The translations under genes were made by a program, and so were the position numbers. This document shows, piece by piece, positions 56,901 to 64,000 of a stretch of DNA of 64,000 nt (position 1 is its first letter; each line of letters opens with the position of its first letter). Source of the stretch: Dimorphilus gyrociliatus (Eukaryota; Animalia; Annelida); NCBI GenBank assembly GCA_904063045.1, contig CAJFCJ010000005.1, positions 1,503,988 through 1,567,987 of the forward strand, given 5' to 3'. The notes below the pieces were generated by a model. It was not told the DNA's origin. It saw only the letters and a program-made list of their open reading frames with translations, and made no database searches.

Positions 56901-59137
56901 CCGATCCAGTTGTTGAAGAGTCTCAGCCGCCGTTATCGATTAAAGAAGAAATGCTTAAGAAAAAATCCTTTTTCTTGGGTAGACCTATTGATCAGTTACA
57001 AGAATACGCTCAATTAAAGACTATCAATAGCACGGCCGATCGCGACTGTGTTCCGTGTTTTGACAAGTCAATTATTCAATCTTCTTCAATTGTTGATGAC
57101 CTTTTAAAAAAGAGACCAGAAGAGAAAACTTGGTAAATACAATTCTCTTTCTTAATAATCCTATTATAACTTTAAATAATTTAGCTTAACCATACAAATA
57201 ATTCTTTTTAATACTTATTTATTTATGTCATTTTTAAAGAATATTTATACACATACAATGCTCAATAGGCCCTCGCCACCTCCCGCACCTGAAAAGACAC
57301 CGGCCGAAACACTTTATAACTATATTGACGAAGAGCCTCCTCCGTTCAAAGAGAAACCAAATATGATGTTTCAAGAACAGAAACGCTCAACTCTCCCAAG
57401 AGACTTCGGTAGTGATCGATATTCCACCTGGAACGATAAGAAAAGCCGTAAAGAGTCAGTAGGTGACGAAATTGAAGAAATGATAAGTCACGCTCAAGAC
57501 GCCTTAGGTTCAGAGAGGAATAGGACTTTCATGGAAGAGTTATCTGAACACAATAAACCTGCAAGTTACCCACCAAAAAGTTCAATGGTAATTATTAATA
57601 TATTATTATTAAAGCCAAGTGTCTGAAATAAATTGCCTATACTTATAGCCTGAAAATGAGCGCCATAACGAAAAACAAATGAAGGAACCGAAACATACCC
57701 CTTTCCGAAGACAATTTGTTGATGAAGATTTTACACGTAAACCTCAACCCAGTCAATCAAATCTCCCAGAGTATAAACTAGAATCTAGCGATTTCACATC
57801 ACCTAAACTATCAGGAATAGGACGAATAAATGAGACTGTAGATAGAAGCAAGCAACCAAAGCAGCTATTTCCATCAAAGAGATCTTTTGAAGTTCAAACT
57901 GACAGAAAAAAAATGCCAATGCCTTATAGGTTTGCTAATATCCGTAAACAATATAGTTCTTATAACATATTTTAACTTTCTCTCCAGACCTGAAGCTCGA
58001 CACTTACAAGCATCCTCATCTGATTCTCAACTGTCTTCTAGAGGTATTAGTTTCATTTAAGAATAAGAGAAGTGTTAAAATTAATTAATTTTTATTAGAT
58101 ACATACACTGTGAGAAGAGAGGAAGACCCCCGTGAGAAAGTTCATAAACTGAAACTGCAAGACGAAGCTAAAGAGTCAAAATTTAGAGTAAAACGTGACA
58201 ACGATAATATAGAAAAAAAGGATGGATTTCAATCTTTCTCAGATGTTCCTACTTCATACTCAAGTTCACGCGAGATACCAAAAAAGCGTTATGAAAACAT
58301 ACCTTTTGAACAACAACGTCCACCAATAGCATCTGCATTTTCTTACTCTACATCAGAGTTAAGCTCTCTACCAAAAAATATCAAAGCTGGCCATCAAGTT
58401 TCTCGTTCCGTTGATTTGTCTTTTCCTTCTCAAAGATCTTTAGATGATCACTATCGAAGACAATCAAATGCGTCAGACTACGGCCAGTCATTAAATAATA
58501 ATTTTAGACAAGAGGAGGAAAAGCAGCCACCAAAACTTTCGAATTGGTCTAAACCAAAACCTTTACCACCAAGCTTTCGATCATATAATCCTCCTTCTCC
58601 TACTCGTTCCGATGGACCGGCAAGAATTCCTTGCGTAAGCGCTCAGGAGAAATGCCAAGGTTGTGGGGAGGTCTTAGGCTCCGGAGCAGCAATGCTTATT
58701 GAGTCTTTAGGATTACATTATCATTTGAACTGCTTCATTTGCAGTGTTTGTAGAGAACAGTTGGCCTCAGGATACGATAAAGGTGCAGATGTTCGGGTTA
58801 GAGGGAAAAAATTACACTGTCAAGACTGCTATTCTAATGAACAAGGTATTTGAATGTATAGAAGTTATAGAAAAGTGGTGTTTGTTGATAGAAAAGGTTT
58901 GCAGTTTTTTCTCTAGTAAGAATATAGTAAACTGACTTGATTGTTTGTTTATATCTTTTAGAAAACGCATTACTATAATAGATTGATTAGAATTTTGCAC
59001 TGCCTGTAGAAAAAACATGGCTTTTAGTTTAACGATTAATTTATTTGCTGTTAGGCTAATATTGTTTCATATCAGGATTATTGAAGTTTATCTTATTTGT
59101 TTGTTCTACAGCTGGTATTAAATTCAGCCGAGTCTAA
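53916..59137 (+). CDS. LMO7: LIM domain only 7-like protein (DUF4757-like helix, PDZ, LIM)
   Basis: DWAA|SLGNWKMKMRRKS; PDZ KFGFTLRGG...LEEGDELVTVN; C-terminal LIM CQGC...LGLHYHLNCFICSVC...LHCQDCY; ends |AGIKFSRV*. Confidence 0.88.
56056..56625 (-). CDS. Claudin/PMP22-superfamily 4-TM protein, TMEM47/VAB-9-like, intronless, nested in an LMO7 intron
   Basis: 189-aa ORF from ATG 56625 (the track starts at an upstream TTG); W..GLW..C..C first loop, 4 TM helices, GWGY motif before TM4. Confidence 0.88.
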   Translation of the reverse strand: MENRRAPTSHFERVTITRPQKVLSVLLTLIAIISLGISQATSSWILKTGIREGLWTICTNGSCFSNDERSVSLTIYIVFSVIAICLLCIATILILIAFWNIRQRYRLYSWAFYTQVTALLSLMVCIILFPVVIFTEESMSLGWGYPLECASFVLATIATLLLFLDKKTEEVIYREKIRYLGEEEEVNSD

Positions 59138-59845
59138 AATCTACTGCCACCAGAAAGATTTTCCTACCAAACTGTGATAAGACTAAACATAATTTCGTTT
59201 CATGACTACACCTGAAATGTTTTTCATATTGCTGTATTGTTAATTTTTCTGTGAATTCTTTTAGAATGATGTCATTCTATACACTATTTCACGTTAAAAA
59301 AATACGAAGCACTAATCACTGTTTAATTTTTAAGAGTCTCCGAACATTTACCATAAAAGAAACGAAGCTATCAATAGGACCCAAAGATATTAAAATCTTG
59401 CTGTCCAGCATACCAAAAGAGCTTATAAGTTACGATAAAATCTCAGCTTAATAAACTGTAAATTTGACAAAATTTTCATTATCTATCACTAGCACGCTAA
59501 AGCCCAGTCACCCGTGAGTTTATTAGTTTTTCATCAGCAAAACTTCATTGCACTTTAGTCGAAGGGTGCTCAAATCTATCAAAAGTAAGATACGCACAAA
59601 CTTTACACTTGGGGCTTAGCAGAGAAATATGGATGCTACTGAACTATTTGGTTTATTATTATCAACAACTTTTTAATTATGCAATTAAGTACTATTTTCT
59701 CAGTTGTTATTCTAATGGGACCATATTTTATGTTGATAATTTTTGATATTTACTAAGGAACTTTACAATAAAAATGTAAATACAACAGTACTTGAAAAAA
59801 ATACTTTACATAATTCCAATTTTATTATAAATTTATATTAATTGT

Positions 59846-61285
59846 TTAATTACAAATTGCCATTTCAACGTCCCTTGGATCTGAATGAATTATTTCTTTC
59901 CTAACTTCTTCCGTTATTGTTGGGTGGTTGTGTACTCTTAAAAGGGCAATTAATAGCTCTTTTTGTTCGCTTGATATATCAGCCTTATAACGCTGAACGA
60001 AAGTAAGCAAAGATTGATGCCAAAGAACGGGCAATTGTCTTTTGTCCTTTTCAAAGCGAACGAAATGAAATATAACAGCATCAAGAACTCTATATGGCAA
60101 AGCGTATTTCTTATCCAACAAAGTTCGGAGGAATATAGATGTAGCCCCATTATAGTCCATTTCCGCTAATTTTAATAGAGCGGCGGCAGAGTGTAACATA
60201 GGTATAGAATTTTTAGCCAGAATGGATGAAACTATGATTGCCTCTCTTAAAGTACAGTTTCCGCACTCTGCCAAAGGTAAAAGAACTCCCTTGAAAAATG
60301 CAGCTGGTTTAAAGAGAGATTTTTTTAACGCCATATAGAGGTGGAAATTAAGCCTTTTGTATTCACTGATATCATCGCGAATACGAGGTAAGAGGACCAA
60401 ATTGAAAAATCTCTGAGCCATTTTCGCATTTAAATTAGATGCAAAAATTCGAGTAGCTTGGTAAACGGCCGCAGCAGTCCAGGAATCTGGCTCTGTTAAA
60501 TACAAAACTTGCTCCCAATTCCTTAATGAGGGGATAATTTTGAAAGCTTTTGGTAATTTTCCAGATCTATAGCATCTTAGAATATCCCGAATGCTTCTGT
60601 ACATTTTAACAACACGCTCATCCATATCCTCAATTCGAAGGGTATTTTTATCACTTAATTCTGTTTCAATTTCGGTTTTTTTCTCAGTTAATTTCTCTTG
60701 AATTATATCAGCTAAAGTTCTTCTGACAGGGCCAGTTGTAGACATAAATTTTTCCATAGCTTTTTCCTCGTCTTCATCTATTTCCTGGTCAGAGTAAAGT
60801 TGATAAATTATATAGTTATACAGAAAAAAATACTGACAATCTCTTCGTCTTGATCATATGCAAATTCTCCAATGTCATCATCACTTTCATCAGAGTCGTT
60901 GTTGGAGCTCTTTGGGAACTTGACGGTTTTAGGTAGTTTTTTAGACCTAAGAACATGAGAGTTGAAATCGTATTTAGTGAGGAATTTTTTAACTTACTGT
61001 TCAGAAACGCCATACTCTTCTTCAAGTTCTGCTTGTTGATTTCGGGCTTGATCAAGGATCTTCAAGCTCAGTTTGTCATCTACGAACTATAAAAAAGAGA
61101 AATAAAGTTGCATTGCTACCACGTGTTTAAGTCAAAAGGAGTACTTCTATTGTTTCTTCTTTTTTCTTTCGATCTTTTACGCGACCAGGTGGTCGTACAG
61201 TCTTATCTAATAGTATTTGTTCTGCTAGGGACCCAGCCGAAGCTGCGTTTGAAGTAAGAGCTTTACTTTTCTTAATTTTCCCCAT
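59846..61285 (-). CDS. BYSL: Bystin (Enp1), pre-40S biogenesis factor
   Basis: [87 protein letters not shown]; 5' exons MGKIKK... Confidence 0.98.
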
Positions 61286-61810
61286 TTAGTCGGTGAGTAT
61301 ATAAATATAGACGCAAAAAAAACTGGTAACGAACTGATATTAGGTATAACTTAATCCCGTAAAGCGTAAATGTTTATTTACATTTAAACAGAATTTTCAG
61401 CAAAATATCATTTAAGACTCGAAAAAGTATTGATATAGATCTGAAGATAAATAGCGTGATCACTAATTTATATTAGACTGTACTTGATCAAGTTTCGTTT
61501 CGATTGTAGAGATACTTTCATTATAACTTTACTTTTAAGCTTTTGAGAAATTTTAAAATATTTTGATAAAATATAGCAAAAATAATGAGACTATATATGT
61601 TATTCATAATAAAATTTATGTTATATTGAGATTAGTGTTAAAATCGTTTTTTTTTACGAGCGGAAATGACGACATATGAACCGGAAACTCAGGAAAATGT
61701 GCTATAAGTCTGTTTGGTGTTGTAATATCGCTCACCAAACTTCTCTTGATCCATTTAAGTAATTAGTTTATTTAGAAAAAAAGTACTGCTTTAGAAAAAA
61801 ACCCATAAGA

Positions 61811-64000
61811 ATGAAGAGAAAACTTCACGATCCGAAAATTACAAATGAAGTAAGTTCTACTTCTTTCATACTATCTTATTTTCTTTCGAACTTTTCTTGT
61901 AACCTGATATTTTTCACCAGGATAAAGAAGAATCACCAAAATCTAAGCGTACCTCACAAAAAAGTGGTTAGTTTTGGTGTTTAGTAAACCCACAAGTGAA
62001 ATGCAAAAAAAAACATTCTTTACTTGCAATTTTCTGTTTAGTTTAAATCATTACATATGTTTTCTCTCTAATTTCTACAAATTTTCATACTCAGATGAGC
62101 ATAAAAAGGAAGATGAAACAGCAACTCTCAAAATGCTGTCAGTTATTACCGCTACATCAACTGGAGCTGAAGAAACAAATGATCTATCAAGTATTCAATT
62201 GAGCGAAATATTCTCAGAATGTTTTATATCAACTAAAAAGCAGAAGAAAATTGATGAATGGCTAAAGAAATTAAAAATCTACTTAAAAAACTTAAATAGT
62301 GACCAATCCATTGACGTTGAATTACCCACTTTCTTACCGGAAGATGTTGAGAAATTTCATTTAAAATCTTCTCATGCTCCTGAAAATATTGAACAAGTTT
62401 CCCCCTACTGGCTGAATTCAGACGTTACAAGCAAAACTTTGAATATAGAAGTTTGTCTAGAAATACCGAAAAACTGTGTTTTCCCAAAAGATACTATAAA
62501 TTACAAATACTTTTGTAAACGCATGGAATATTTAGCAAAGGTTGCATCTTTCTTAAAAAATTCAGATTTGGTTGCTGATATATTTTGGTCTTTAGACAAC
62601 TCTGTAACTTATAGGCCAATTCTGATTATCGAACCGAATGAGCTGAAGAATGTTAAAGTTTTTGTTAAAACTGTAGTTCACAAAGATGTTCTTTGGAAAT
62701 CAAGCCGATTCCAGCCCGGAGCAATTAATGTTAAACCTGAATATTTCAAAAAGAGTGAAGTTGAACAATCGACAAGTTTCTATAATGACAATTTGGGCTT
62801 AGAAAAATTTTATTTTGAATCCAGACGTCAGCTACAAGAAAAACTAAAACCTTCTGACACAGCCACGAAGGGGTGTATCTTATTAAAAATTTGGTTGAGA
62901 AATAGATTTCTCAATACTGGCTTTGGAAATTTTAATGATCATATAGCTGAATGTTTCTCCGTGTTTGTTCTTGAGAAAGAAGAAACTTTCCTTTCTCCTT
63001 TACACTTTTTTAAGATTGCAATGAAACATATAAATGAAGACTTTTTTCTCAAGCCGAAAGCCTTGAACGTAAGCTAATTATAGTACTCATTTGAGGCATA
63101 CAAACTCTAAATTTTTAATGTTTTTAGGGTGAAGTTGATGAAGAATATAAGAAATATTATGACGTAATCTTCTTGGATGGCTTTTCAATAAATCTTTGTT
63201 CACATTGGCATAAAAATACAGTTGACAGGATTAAGTATGAAGCTAAAATAGCCTTAAGTCTTATCGATGCTTCTCAGGGTTATCAATCCAATCTTATTGA
63301 GAATTTATTTGCATATGAAATTCAGCCAGAATTTGTTTTTGATCAAGTTATCTACATTAAAAAATGCAAACCTATTGAAAGTGAAATAAGTACATGCTGT
63401 AATATATTTTCTGCTGTTCCAAAAATTATTCAAATACTGGAGAGAGCTATTGGCAGAAGAGTTAAAAATATAATACCATATTCATCTCCTACTCAACCCT
63501 GGAATATATTGTCTAAAAGAGAAGAAAATACTTTGGCGATAGGTTTAATTTTAAACTTACAGCATTCGTATGAAATATTGGAAAAAGGACCTTCGGCTGA
63601 TTCCAATGAAGCAAAATCATTTCGCAATTTCTGGGGAGAAAAGTCTGAAATGAGAAAATTTCAAGATACATCAATATGCGAAGCGGTCGTATTTCCAGCG
63701 GACAACGCTGCTAAAAAAAGAAAAATTATAACAAAAATGATTAAATACATATTGGAAAGACATCTCAATGTTGTCAACAATGACTTAAAAATATTATCAA
63801 ATTCCATCGACAGTCAATTAACAGAAGAGGAAAAAGGAACCGGGGAAGAAGAATTGGCCTCAGTTTGTTCCTCCTTCGACAATTTGTGTAAAATACTCCG
63901 TAAATTGTCTCAGGATCTGCCCTTACCAATTCAAGCTATTCATGGCCTTCATCCAATATTAAGAATGACATCAACCTCCTCTACTCCCGAAATTATTGAT
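61811..64000 (+). CDS. NOL6: Nucleolar protein 6 (Nrap/Utp22), 5' part, runs off the window; start approximate
   Basis: KDTINYKYFCKRMEYLA; STSFYN; ILLKIWLRNR; after the intron at 63071: YDVIFLD...INLC, EKGPSADSNEAKSFRNFWGEKSEMRKFQDTSICEAVVF. Confidence 0.92.

Overview
This is eukaryotic, AT-rich, gene-dense DNA from an invertebrate animal with a compact genome. Most spliceosomal introns are about 50-90 bp, and several intergenic gaps are only about 100-500 bp. The taxon cannot be fixed from this window; a miniaturised lophotrochozoan such as a meiofaunal annelid is a guess. I reconstructed about 24 spliced or single-exon protein genes by hand: dispatched-like (partial), CDK5RAP3, an unannotated 4-TM gene, a bacterial-type GlnT/GmaS-like glutamine synthetase-family ligase, two secreted L-amino-acid-oxidase-like flavoproteins flanking an SDR, BANP, VPS28, HSDL2, CRLS1, ATRAID, a divergent TBL3/UTP13, a PhyH-type dioxygenase, an orphan gene, syndecan, RPS3, WDR48, a 76-aa ORF, a calmodulin-like gene, LMO7 with a nested antisense TMEM47-like gene, bystin and NOL6 (partial). 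The best candidate for an undescribed system is 11.5-19.6 kb. It holds an intron-containing, probably horizontally acquired ligase with the Glu-flap-to-Trp signature of gamma-glutamyl-amine ligases, next to two flavin oxidases lacking the LAAO carboxylate-binding Arg and an SDR. Other highlights are a thyroglobulin type-1-like exon inside syndecan, tandemly duplicated exon-intron units in TBL3, and the nested junction gene in LMO7. Family assignments come from recalled family motifs, not database searches. No tRNA, rRNA, CRISPR array or intact transposon was found.
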